The position numbers were made by a program, and so were the translations under genes. Source: an uncultured virus (IMG/VR IMGVR_UViG_3300040751_003707) (Duplodnaviria; Heunggongvirae; Uroviricota; Caudoviricetes). From it: 64,000 bases of DNA. The notes under the pieces were generated by a model that searched no databases, was not told where the DNA came from, and was given only the letters and a program-made list of their open reading frames with translations. Every line of letters begins with the position of its first letter. Positions within the stretch are counted from its first letter, which is position 1. Below are positions 21,129 to 31,000 of the stretch, one piece after another. The stretch lies in the IMG/VR virus record IMGVR_UViG_3300040751_003707. One strand, written 5' to 3'.

Positions 21129-21966
21129 AGTTTCCCCAAAACGTGCCGTAGTAAAACCTCGTGAATTCGGTGGAACTCTCCCTGAGACAATACCGAGCGA
21201 AGCCCTTAAAAAGGGGAACGTGTAACGACTATCCGAAAGGAGTACACCTAAATGTCAGGTGGAAGCGCGAGGATACACAAAAGTGTATAAGATATAGTCT
21301 GAACTGCATGGCGACATGCAGATACTTATAAAAGGAACCAAAATGAACTACAAATACCATTATGATGAACTCATAAGAAATTATGGTAAAAAAGAGAAGC
21401 CTATCGGTGTTTATACTGAAGGTCATCATGTTGTACCAAAATTTATGGGCGGCTCTGATGAGAACGATAATATCGTTTATCTTACTGCTAAGGAACACTA
21501 CATTGCTCATTTTTTATTATGGAAAATATACCGCAATACAGAAATGACGTATGCATTCAGGCTTATGAATGCTAATAGAGGTATTCTAGGTAGCTCGACT
21601 TTTGAGAGGCTACGAAAGGAGTATTCTACTAAATCAAGTGAGTTGCTTGCAGGAAGAAAAAACACAGACGAACAGATGCGTAAACAGAATGATGCGATTA
21701 AATCTTATTATCGCAGAATATGTGCAAAGGGAAAACCAAGACTAAAAGGTGTATGGACCGATGCATCAAGAGCGGCCCAATCTGAACGGATGAAGAAAGA
21801 ACACCATCTAGCTAAAGTTGTTATAGTAGATGGTCAAGAATTTCATTCACTAAGAGCAGCTGCAAGACATTTTGAAGTATCTCACAGAACCGTTAAAAGA
21901 TGGTTTTCGTCTGGTAGGGCCTTTTATAAGTAGGTAGGTATGACTAACCTATTTAACAAAAACTTG
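21129..21966 (+). mobile_element. Group I intron (838 nt, IA-like) with embedded homing endonuclease
   Basis: P1 CTACGGT/GCCGTAG with U.G at the splice site; P3 CCTCGTG/CGCGAGG; P7 GACTAT/ATAGTC with AAGATATAGTCT; P9 CTGCATG/CATGCAG; terminal G at 21966; P10 TTCCCCA/TGGGGAA; splicing restores the frame. Confidence 0.9.
21343..21933 (+). CDS. Intron-encoded HNH homing endonuclease (T4 Mob-like)
   Basis: AAAGGA RBS; EGHHVVPKFMGGSD...NIVYLTAKEHYIAH; C-terminal HTH FHSLRAAARHF. Confidence 0.88.
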   Translation: MNYKYHYDELIRNYGKKEKPIGVYTEGHHVVPKFMGGSDENDNIVYLTAKEHYIAHFLLWKIYRNTEMTYAFRLMNANRGILGSSTFERLRKEYSTKSSELLAGRKNTDEQMRKQNDAIKSYYRRICAKGKPRLKGVWTDASRAAQSERMKKEHHLAKVVIVDGQEFHSLRAAARHFEVSHRTVKRWFSSGRAFYK

Positions 21967-22947
21967 GCTGGGGAAGCCACCAAAACAATGAACGTAACTA
22001 ACAAACTATCAAAAGTTCTTGAAGAGTTAGACTTCTTAGTTGTTACTAAGGACAATCTCAGCACTAATTTAAGAATTATTGATGGAAGAATTAAGTTAGC
22101 TGATAGAGCAGGTGCTACTACCTTGTCTCATGAGCTGACACAATTTAGAAGAGAGCTTGTTGAATCTATAAACAGGAATGAACCTGTTGGTAGGATGCTA
22201 TTAAAACAAGCTGAAGAAATACACCCCGATGTTGCAGAGTTTGTAAGAACCCTGACCAATACCAGACGTGGATTAATTGGACCTCAAGAGTTTGCACAAA
22301 TTTCTAGAATCATGTCAAGAAACTTATCTGAAAGAGCACCTATTGCTAACAATTTCGTTAGCTTTTGGAAACAAGCTGGTAGATTGTTTGTAACAGAAAC
22401 CAAGCAAGTTGACATACCTTGGGTTACTTTCGATGGTAAAGTAATGACACAAAGATACAGACCAAGACTTCAAGAAAGAATTGAATTTAGAGACGCTATT
22501 ACTGGTCGTAGAATTCAGAACATCTATGAATCTGCTGCAGAAGATGCAAGGCTATTAGGTAAGTCATCTATTGGTGATGCAGGGATTGGTCTTGGTGTAA
22601 ATGGAAACCACAGCAACGATGCAACTATCGTTAGAAGGTTTCATTTATGGGGAAGAAGAAATAACGTGGATACAGCAACAATTCACGATGCGTTTTTTAC
22701 TAACATCTCAGAAGCTAACCGAGCAAGAGATGCGTTAAGAGAAATTTACGCAGATGCTGTTGAAAGCCAAACTGTTCTAAACACTCTTAAAGAGATGCGG
22801 CGCAGAGGGCTAAGCAGACAAAGTTATAACAGATTAGTAAGACTTGCCAGAGAGCAAGGGCTTATTGATCCTGATAATGCAATTACAAGAGACGATGTTT
22901 TATCACCCCTTACTGAAGGTTTGGATTGGTATGGTATTGGACCTTAA
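21967..22947 (+). CDS. Exon 2 of the MuF-RNAP fusion
   Basis: Continues motif B (AGEATK); IPWVTFDG, GVNGNHSNDA and motif C TIHDAF. Confidence 0.88.
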   Translation, partial: AGEATKTMNVTNKLSKVLEELDFLVVTKDNLSTNLRIIDGRIKLADRAGATTLSHELTQFRRELVESINRNEPVGRMLLKQAEEIHPDVAEFVRTLTNTRRGLIGPQEFAQISRIMSRNLSERAPIANNFVSFWKQAGRLFVTETKQVDIPWVTFDGKVMTQRYRPRLQERIEFRDAITGRRIQNIYESAAEDARLLGKSSIGDAGIGLGVNGNHSNDATIVRRFHLWGRRNNVDTATIHDAFFTNISEANRARDALREIYADAVESQTVLNTLKEMRRRGLSRQSYNRLVRLAREQGLIDPDNAITRDDVLSPLTEGLDWYGIGP

Positions 22948-23025
22948 ACTGAAAATCATGAATATTTGTAATAGTCGTGATTATTATTAATTAAACAATT
23001 AAGCTGTGCTTAAAGGAAAATAACA

Positions 23026-23733
23026 ATGAGTGATGATAAACAAAATAATGTAAACGATGATGATAAGGTGATTGAAGAGGATACTCAAAATCAAGATGAT
23101 GATCTAGATGATAATCAACAAAAACCTGATGATTCTAAACCAGATGACAATTCTCTAGAAGATGAGCTAGAGAAAAAAGTTCAAGAACGACTAGCCAAAA
23201 TGAAAGACAACATGGACCGCATGGCTAAAGCTCGTGATGAGGCTCTTAAAAAGGCAGCCGAACTAGAAGAACAACAAAAGAAAGCTAAGATGGAGCAGCT
23301 TGAAAAAGAAGGTAAGCTACAAGAGCTTGCTGAAATGAAAGCTGCAGAACTAGAAGCTAAGCTCAAGGTAATTGAGGAAGAGAACGTCAAGCTTAAGCGC
23401 GACCAAGTTCTTCATTCTAAACTAGCTACACTTGAATTTAGAAATGAACGCAGCAAAGATATGGCTTACCGTGATATTGTAGATCAACTTACCCAAGATG
23501 ATAATGGTAATTGGGTTCATTCCTCTGGTAAATCTATCTCTGATTTTGTTGAAAGTTACTCAAAAGAAGAAGATAACTCTTTCTTATTTAAAACCAAATC
23601 AAATTCTGGTGCAGGTAAATCCGGTGCCTTCAAAAATTCTGATACAACACAAACAAAGAAAATTACTGAAATGAGCACTCAAGAGATTTTAAAAGCGGCT
23701 CGTGAAGGCAAATTAGGTAATTTTAAATATTAA
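23026..23733 (+). CDS. Capsid scaffolding protein
   Basis: Acidic N-terminus, coiled coil, C-terminal FLFK..SGAG; directly upstream of the capsid gene. Confidence 0.8.
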   Translation: MSDDKQNNVNDDDKVIEEDTQNQDDDLDDNQQKPDDSKPDDNSLEDELEKKVQERLAKMKDNMDRMAKARDEALKKAAELEEQQKKAKMEQLEKEGKLQELAEMKAAELEAKLKVIEEENVKLKRDQVLHSKLATLEFRNERSKDMAYRDIVDQLTQDDNGNWVHSSGKSISDFVESYSKEEDNSFLFKTKSNSGAGKSGAFKNSDTTQTKKITEMSTQEILKAAREGKLGNFKY

Positions 23734-23762
23734 TAATATTATCTATTATAAGGATATGAAAA

Positions 23763-24881
23763 ATGACTATTACAAATACTGACTTTCAGAACATTGCTAT
23801 CGCTATTTCTGCCTACGCAGACGAAGCGTATACTTTCGAAAAGAAGCTTAACTCAACTGGTATTGTTGGGACTCGTGATGACATTACCGCAGATGGTGAA
23901 TCATTTATTGGTCAGTTCCGTTGGTACAAGCCACTAGTTGCAAACATTAACGTTGCATCTCTTTCAAGCGCAAATGATGGTACCTACACTGATATTGCAA
24001 CCGATGTAGCGAACTACATTAAAACCGTTCGTACCTTCGGTGCACAACAGGTAAACCTACAAGAAGTCGTGTCAAAAGAAGACGGTCTCATGAAGATCGC
24101 AAACGACTTTGCTGAAGTACGCGCCCAAGACGAGCATAACGCTCTTCTACAAGTTCTAAAAGGTGTTGCACAACACGAAGTCGCCCTTGGCGATGCTGGT
24201 GACGCAGGTAACGGCGGTATCGTAGCTTTCGACACTGATGCTGATGCATCTGCTACTGGTTTCTTCGTTGATGTTAACGCAGCCGGTGAATTCGGTTCTG
24301 CTGCTACTGATTCAACCGATGAGCGTCGTCTATTTGACTCCTCTGCTGCTGGTGCTGCTCGTGGTGAGCGTCTCTTCAAAGCTATTGGTATGGCATTTAA
24401 AGACTATGAACCTGACTATATGTACCTTGTCACTTCTCCTGAGATGCTTGCAGAACTACGCGCTGCTAACCTAATTGACCAGACTGTTATCACCGATGGC
24501 AACCTAGAATTCCAGACCATCTTCGGTGGTAAATTCCGCCTAATCATGACCCGCGCTAACCAGATGATTTCTGGCACCGCAACTGGTGATCTTAATGCAC
24601 GTTCAGCTAAGTGTACCTTCGTTGTTAAGCCTGAATCTGTTACCTTCGCACCTGTTGGTGTTCCAACTCCTGTTGAAGTAGACCGTAATGCAGCCTCTTA
24701 TACCGGCGGTGGTTCAACTAACGTTTGGTATCGTTACGGCTTTATCATGCATCCAATGGGTTATGACTGGGCTGGTGCAACTAATGCCTTTGCAACTAAC
24801 ACTCAGTTCGGTGCTGCTGCAAGCTGGGATCGTAAGATGGATAGTCTAAACCTTGGTATTCTACCAATCTTCCACGCTTAA
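23763..24881 (+). CDS. Major capsid protein
   Basis: 372 aa after the scaffold; strong codon bias; MHPMGYDW...W.R C-terminal motif. Confidence 0.85.
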   Translation: MTITNTDFQNIAIAISAYADEAYTFEKKLNSTGIVGTRDDITADGESFIGQFRWYKPLVANINVASLSSANDGTYTDIATDVANYIKTVRTFGAQQVNLQEVVSKEDGLMKIANDFAEVRAQDEHNALLQVLKGVAQHEVALGDAGDAGNGGIVAFDTDADASATGFFVDVNAAGEFGSAATDSTDERRLFDSSAAGAARGERLFKAIGMAFKDYEPDYMYLVTSPEMLAELRAANLIDQTVITDGNLEFQTIFGGKFRLIMTRANQMISGTATGDLNARSAKCTFVVKPESVTFAPVGVPTPVEVDRNAASYTGGGSTNVWYRYGFIMHPMGYDWAGATNAFATNTQFGAAASWDRKMDSLNLGILPIFHA

Positions 24882-24901
24882 TAAAATAAGAGGAAAAGCT
24901 A

Positions 24902-25408
24902 ATGGCACTAACCTTAAACGAAAATAGTTACGTTACTGTTGAAGAAGCGGATCTATACCTTGAATCAAGAATTGACAATGCTAATTGGTTTGATGCAGGA
25001 GATGAAGTAAAAGAACAAGCTTTAGTGACTGCTACTACTTTAATTGATAACAATTCTTGGATTGGTTATGCCGTTAGCTCTTCTCAAGACCTTGCTTGGC
25101 CTCGGAAAAACGCAATTTATTTTGATCAAAGACTTGGTCAACAAATTAGTTTTTCCGAAGCTGAGATTCCGGCTAATGTTAAAAGAGCGGTTTACGAACA
25201 GGCGCTTCATCTTGTAAATAATGAAGACCTTCTGACAGAAAGTACTCAGACTTTTGAAAGCATTTCTATTGGTTCACTTAGCGTAAGTGATAGTAACTCT
25301 GATGTTACAAGAATTCCGATTAGACCAAGTATTGTAAGCAAGCTTCTAAGAGGTATTGTCAAACAAGGATCTTTTGGTCAAGGTGCTTCTTGGTGGAGGG
25401 CTAATTAA
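24902..25408 (+). CDS. Head-tail adaptor protein
   Basis: NSYVTVEEADLY, QDLAWPR and IP..VK.A..EQAL motifs. Confidence 0.8.
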   Translation: MALTLNENSYVTVEEADLYLESRIDNANWFDAGDEVKEQALVTATTLIDNNSWIGYAVSSSQDLAWPRKNAIYFDQRLGQQISFSEAEIPANVKRAVYEQALHLVNNEDLLTESTQTFESISIGSLSVSDSNSDVTRIPIRPSIVSKLLRGIVKQGSFGQGASWWRAN

Positions 25409-25743
25409 TGTCTTTAGAAGCTAAATTCAAAGCAGCAGTAGAGAAAGCCTTTTCTGCTGCAGGAGACTTAGTTAAACCTGCAACGCTTTACTCTGAAATT
25501 ACATCTGAGTTTGATTTCAGCACTAACGAGACAAAATCTTCTAAGCGAAGACAAGAAGTCGAAGTTATTGTTCAAACTACTAAGAAAGTTGTAAACAATA
25601 AATATGTAACAGAGGTTCTTATGAGATCCGGCTATGACATGTCTGTTTATGACTTTATTACTATCGGAAGACAAGAATTTAACATTGTTGATTACTCAGA
25701 TAACGGGTTTACTATTTCTCTTATGCTAACAAGGGAGGGATAA
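25408..25743 (+). CDS. Putative head closure protein
   Basis: Size and position after the adaptor. Confidence 0.55.
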   Translation: MSLEAKFKAAVEKAFSAAGDLVKPATLYSEITSEFDFSTNETKSSKRRQEVEVIVQTTKKVVNNKYVTEVLMRSGYDMSVYDFITIGRQEFNIVDYSDNGFTISLMLTREG

Positions 25744-26145
25744 ATGTATAATGAACTACTAACTACAATTACTAGTGTTCTTGCAAGCGCCTCTTGGAAA
25801 AACCAAGGTATTGAGGTTTATCCTTCTAATTATCAAGGTTCAATCAACAACAAAGAAGAGTATTGTCGTATTTCAATCCTACCTTCTTCAAGCAGTAACC
25901 ACAGCTATGGCGGTAAAAAAGAATTATCTGGATTGATTGCTTTCAAGATCTTTGTTAGAGCTGGAGACGGTCAAAAGAGAATCATGGAAATTTCTGATAT
26001 ACTCGAATCTTACTTTGTAAACAAAAATTTTAGCAACGGAATAAGTCTTAAAACATCTTATTTATCTAGCGAGGGGTTAGACCCTGACAATAAAACGCTT
26101 TATAGCGCATCTTACTTTATACCATTCAATTATTATGGAGACTAA
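25744..26145 (+). CDS. Putative tail terminator protein
   Basis: Position before the tail tube gene; SGLIAFKIFVRAGDG motif. Confidence 0.6.
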   Translation: MYNELLTTITSVLASASWKNQGIEVYPSNYQGSINNKEEYCRISILPSSSSNHSYGGKKELSGLIAFKIFVRAGDGQKRIMEISDILESYFVNKNFSNGISLKTSYLSSEGLDPDNKTLYSASYFIPFNYYGD

Positions 26146-26148
26146 AAA

Positions 26149-26688
26149 ATGACTCATATTTCTTCACTACAGGCTGGTGTCTATTCTTACCTAGACATGT
26201 ACACCGGTACTATCCCTGATGGCACTGACACTTCTACTGAATTTGCTGCCCTATTCGTTGGTACTACTCCCGGCACAGCTGATGCAGATCATGTCCGCAT
26301 GCCTTCTGTTCGTGAATTCCCCTCTGTAGGTACTCCTGCAAACATTGTTAACGTTCCTGTTTATGGTCAAGCAACCTCTTCACAGGTACAAGGTCAGGCC
26401 GACGCGCCTTCTCTTGAAATTACTGTAAACTACGTACCTAACGATATGACTGCTATTCACGATCTTATCGGCCAAACCGTTGTTTTCCGCTTTATGATGG
26501 CTGCTTCTCCTGTTACTCAGGATGAAGGTGCTGACACTACTATTGCAGCGGATAATACAGAATTTTACTGGATTGGTAAAATTGAAGCAATTCTTGTTAA
26601 CCCACAGCTAACTGATGCAAATACTGCAACCGTTACTCTGTCTGCTCAGTCAGACTTCGTAGGTCCAGCAACTATTTCTGCTTCTTAA
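26149..26688 (+). CDS. Major tail tube protein
   Basis: VREFPSVG...VPVYGQ..S.Q..GQADAPSLEITVNYVP; strong codon bias; followed by a hairpin. Confidence 0.82.
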   Translation: MTHISSLQAGVYSYLDMYTGTIPDGTDTSTEFAALFVGTTPGTADADHVRMPSVREFPSVGTPANIVNVPVYGQATSSQVQGQADAPSLEITVNYVPNDMTAIHDLIGQTVVFRFMMAASPVTQDEGADTTIAADNTEFYWIGKIEAILVNPQLTDANTATVTLSAQSDFVGPATISAS

Positions 26689-26702
26689 TTTTTATATAAA
26701 AT

Positions 26703-26730
26703 AAGGTTGGGCATTTTTGCCCTTCCTTTA
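26703..26730 (+). terminator. Putative terminator after the tail tube gene
   Basis: AAGG-TT-GGGCA-tttt-TGCCC-TT-CCTT hairpin. Confidence 0.45.
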
Positions 26731-26760
26731 ACCATTTAATTTAATAGTATAGGTAAAAGC

Positions 26761-27012
26761 ATGGTAAATGATAAGCCATTTAGTAAAAGTTTTGTAATGA
26801 GAACTACTCTACGTCATATGCGTAGGAGTGTAGATATCAGTATTAGAAAATCTTTTGAACGTTTTCAAGATTTTGATGAAAACTCCGCTGCGGGTAGAGA
26901 AATTATGGAAACACTCTCAGTACTACATACAGTACGCAAGATGCTTGATGACTTTCAAGTAGAAAATAAACATCTTTTTGAAGAAAAAGACTTCATTAAG
27001 AATTCACAGTAA
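26761..27012 (+). CDS. Hypothetical protein in the tail module
   Basis: 83-aa ORF filling the gap between tube and chaperone genes. Confidence 0.55.
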   Translation: MVNDKPFSKSFVMRTTLRHMRRSVDISIRKSFERFQDFDENSAAGREIMETLSVLHTVRKMLDDFQVENKHLFEEKDFIKNSQ

Positions 27013-27039
27013 AAACAATATAAAAGAAGAGTAATTAAT

Positions 27040-27342
27040 ATGAAAAAGCTAGTTGGTAAAAAAGTAACAAAGAAGGTAGATTTTATGGGCGACAAGGTTG
27101 AAATTATTCAACTATCCCTGAATCAAGTTAAAGAGGTCCAGAAAATTGTTAAGGCATCTCAAGAAACAAAGAATGAAGAAGATCAGTTTGGCCTTCTACG
27201 AGATGTAATCCGAATTTCTGTCATTGGAGCGGATGAGCTTACCGATGAAGACTTTAACACCTTCCCTGTTGCAGAACTGAATAACCTTGTAAATAGTGTT
27301 CTAGAGTACTCTGGTCTCGGCAGCACAAATCAGGGAAACTAA
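27040..27342 (+). CDS. Tail assembly chaperone (gpG-like)
   Basis: Position between tube and tape measure; ends in slippery G GGA AAC TAA. Confidence 0.8.
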   Translation: MKKLVGKKVTKKVDFMGDKVEIIQLSLNQVKEVQKIVKASQETKNEEDQFGLLRDVIRISVIGADELTDEDFNTFPVAELNNLVNSVLEYSGLGSTNQGN

Positions 27343-27668
27343 CCGAAGAAGAGGAATCCTTATTTGAGCTTGCCTATTGTCTTTCTACCCCTGTCTATAA
27401 GTTAAAAAACGAGATGCCATACACAGAATACTTAAAATGGCTAAGTTATTTTAGAAAAAGACCGGTTGGTTGGAGAGAAGATAGAAGAACCTTTATGCTT
27501 TTAAAGGCTCAAGGTGTAAAGTCAGATGAAGGAAGCCTCTTCCCAACCCTTAAAATGATTAAAGCCGCTGCTGAAGAAAGCCAAGTACCAGATCAGGCAG
27601 TCCCGAAGGGTCGTATTTTCGACCTAATGACTAGAGCTAAAAATGGTGATGATGTACCTTGGATTTAG
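27333..27668 (+). CDS. -1 frameshift extension of the tail chaperone (gpGT-like)
   Basis: The -1 frame is open from the slippery site (LTEEEESLFELAYCL...EMPYTEYLKW) to 27668. Confidence 0.8.
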   Translation, partial: GKLTEEEESLFELAYCLSTPVYKLKNEMPYTEYLKWLSYFRKRPVGWREDRRTFMLLKAQGVKSDEGSLFPTLKMIKAAAEESQVPDQAVPKGRIFDLMTRAKNGDDVPWI

Positions 27669-27679
27669 GTTAAAACAAA

Positions 27680-28009
27680 ATGAGCAACAAAATAAGTTTA
27701 GAAGTCGTTAATTTTGAAAAAGAGATGAAGAGAATAAGAGAAGAAGTAGAACTTCAAGGTGTTCTCGGAACTCATGAATTGATGGACTATGCAACAGAAC
27801 AGCTAAGAATTGTTACCCCTGTAAAAACAGGCAAGGCAAGGTCTGGTTGGGTGAATGAAAAGTATTCCGCACGAATGGCTTTTAGAGCTGGTGTCGGAGT
27901 AATCAAAAACGACGTTGAATATATTGAATACCTTAACCAAGGTAGCAGTAAACAAGCACCGAGATACTTTATTGAAAAGGTTTTATCTACTATTGGTGTT
28001 ATATCATAA
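27680..28009 (+). CDS. HK97 gp10-like tail completion protein
   Basis: TPVKTGKARSGW and NDVEYIEYLNQGSSKQAP motifs. Confidence 0.82.
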   Translation: MSNKISLEVVNFEKEMKRIREEVELQGVLGTHELMDYATEQLRIVTPVKTGKARSGWVNEKYSARMAFRAGVGVIKNDVEYIEYLNQGSSKQAPRYFIEKVLSTIGVIS

Positions 28010-28015
28010 CTATAT

Positions 28016-28061
28016 GCCCTTGATGGTGTCCTATTATTTGGATTTTATCAAGGGCTTTTTT
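28016..28061 (+). terminator. Intrinsic terminator-like hairpin just upstream of the tape measure gene
   Basis: GCCCTTGAT...ATCAAGGGC followed by TTTTTT. Confidence 0.65.
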
Positions 28062-28080
28062 ATTAATATTGGAGGAATTT

Positions 28081-31000
28081 ATGGCGGTAAATATTAGAGT
28101 AAACGCTGATACTTCTCAGGCTAGGAGAGATCTTAATAAGTTAGAAACATCAATAGTAAATATTGACAAACGTACAAAAACAGTTTCTAAAAATTTAACG
28201 AGACTTGCAGTTGGTATTTCTACAGCCTTCGGATCTGCTGTTGCTGTAAGAAGTATTAACCAAGCAACGGATAGTCTTACATCATTACAAAACAGAATTG
28301 CGCTAGTAACCGGAAGAACAGAAGCACTATCTAACTCTCTAGATGAACTTTATGCTATTGCTAGAGGTGCGGGCGGTTCAATTGATGGTGCGGTTGAAAC
28401 ATTTAATAGGTTTGGTCTTGCCCTTAGCAATGCTGGCGCTAACGTAGAAGATATTTTAAGAGCTACTGAATCTGTTCAAAGGTCTATTGCTATTTCTGGT
28501 GGTTCCGCTCAATCTGCAAGTGCAGCTATCTTCCAGCTAGGTCAAGGGCTTGCTTCAGGGACACTCAGAGGACAAGAACTTAATTCTGTATTAGAACAAG
28601 CACCAAGGCTTGCCCAAGCAATCTCTGACAGTTTAGGGGTAGGTATTGGCGATCTAAGAGGTATTGCAGAACAAGGTGGTCTGACTACAGACATTGTTTT
28701 TGGGGCCTTGTTAGATCAAGCAGAAACATTAAACGAAGAGTTTCAAATTCTTGAAAGAACGTCATCACAAGCTTTTGTTGTTTTCAGAGATACCCTTAAT
28801 AGACTAACAGGTGACATCAGCAGAACTGTTGGTTTTACAAACTTGTTTACCTCTACGTTTGATTTCCTAACAAACGAAATTGTCAACAACAGTGATGTAA
28901 TTGAGGTTGCTCTTTACAGCGCACTAAGCAATATCTCAAGCACATTTAGAGACCTCCGCCTTGTTGGTCAAGAACTATATTTACTATTTGAACAAATTTC
29001 AGGTATTGTCTTAAGTTCATTTTTACCTAGCTTTACAAGCTCTGAAGGCTTTGTCTCAAAACTAGCAAAAGGCTTCTTAAGCCTAAACAGACAAATTTTA
29101 AGAGCTAGACTTTATATTGCTGAGTTATTTAATGAAACTCAAACATTAAGCACAGCTTTTAAGATTTTCAGATCAGAGTCTCTTTTAGAGGTAGCAGATG
29201 TCCTTTATGATCTTTCTCTTGCAATAGATGAATTTGGTTTAAAAGACACAATACTTTATGAATTAGCTGCAACATTTGTTGATTTAGAAAATACAATTAT
29301 CTCTTTCTATAACACTTTACGATTAAATGACTCGTTTGATGATTTAATTGTTGCAGCGTACTTCATGAAAAGAGATGTAACCAACTACATTGAAGGGTTG
29401 GTTGACGACGCTAATAATAGTTTTGAAAATATCAAGTCAAACATATCTAATATATTTGCAGGAATCTCCTCAACAGTAACCCGGTATTTATCCCCTGTAG
29501 TTGATTTTATAACTTCTGCTTTAGATGTCATTGAAAGAAAGTTCTTCTGGGTTTATGACCAAGTAATTGGAAACTCTTGGTGGACAGACACTATGGAGAT
29601 GACTTATTTTTATGCTGTTGAGTACCTTTCAAAAACAGAAGAATACGTCTCAGATTTCACTGAAAACGTTGTAGATAAGTTTAGAACACTCTATAGGCAG
29701 ATAAATACTTTTGTAAACAACTTATCACTTGAGTCTATTCAAGACACCGCATTAGAGTTTAGTGTTGATCTTTCTTCAAGAGCACAAGCTTTCTTTGAAA
29801 ATCCGCTAGAAAACGTTAATAACGCGCTAGACTCTGTGTTAGAAAATTTTGCTAAACCACTAGCAGCCCTATTTTCAGACATATACAAAGAGCTTTCTGG
29901 TCTTTATCCAGCAATTACAAGTATTCTTACACTGGCATTTGGTGCAAGTTTTATCGGGCTAATTAGCTCAAGTTTCTCTAAAGGCCTTTTATTTGTTGCA
30001 AGAGGCGGCCTTATTGCTGTTATTGCATCAACTTTTATTAGTAACTTTGGTTCTGAATTCTTCAGCTCAGGAATCATTTCTGAATTTTCAAAAGCTGTTG
30101 GTTCTGCTTTTGGCTCCATTATTGGTGCTGTTCTTTCTAATATACCTGAAATTACAAGAGCGCTGATTCAAGTAGCTGTTGGTTTTGCTCAAGGTCTTGC
30201 TGAAGGTATCAGTGGAATCCCTGGCTTGATCCTGAAAGGTCTCGTTGGAAGTGGCTCATTAACTAATGGATTAACTTCCTTTGTAGATAGCATCTTTGGT
30301 ACAATCATTGGTTCAATATCACTTGCATTAACCGCTTATGCATTTAATTTTGCAGGGTTTAGAGGTCTTACTAATAATCTGATAAAGGCAAGACAGAAGG
30401 CGTTTGATAAGGCCGCAGAAAACGGAAATGCCCCTAGTATATCTTTCCTTGAAAGTGTTTTAATCGGTCGTGATGGCGGCAGAAGAGTTGTTGCAAAATA
30501 TGCAGGTATCTTCTTAGGATTAAACGCAGTTTTAGGTACTGTCATTGAGGATCCGGTCTTAAGAGATGTTATTGCGGCAGGTGGTGTAGTTGCTTCTGCT
30601 ATTTTCTCACAAAATTCAAATGCAGTTATACAAGCAGGTTTTAACGCAATAACTCAGATAAGAACACAAATAATTTCGTTATTTGCTACCTTACAGGGTC
30701 AAAGTTTATCTCAAATTGCTACAAATTTACTAACTGCGGTCTCTAGTGTTGCTACATCAATTTCAACAATGGCCACTACAGCTTATGCTCAGTTCGCTGG
30801 TATGGTTGCAGCTGCAAGAGCAAGTGCTGTTGGTATTTTTGCTTCTTTTAGCACAGCTTTCAACGGCATCACCCCTGTTATAACTGCTGCCCTGTCAAGA
30901 GCAAGAGCTTTAATAACTGCTTTTGCAGCGTCCGCAAGAGCTAAGTTTCTTGGCATTAGTCTTGCAATAGCTTTAGCTTTTTCAGCAAGTTCTGCCAATG

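Noticed and set aside
21940..21966. ATG start of track ORF 21940..22947 as an independent gene
   Set aside because: The first 9 codons lie in the intron 3' end; the rest is exon 2 of the MuF-RNAP.
27414..27668. Stand-alone gene
   Set aside because: No clear RBS; better explained as the -1 frameshift extension of the chaperone.
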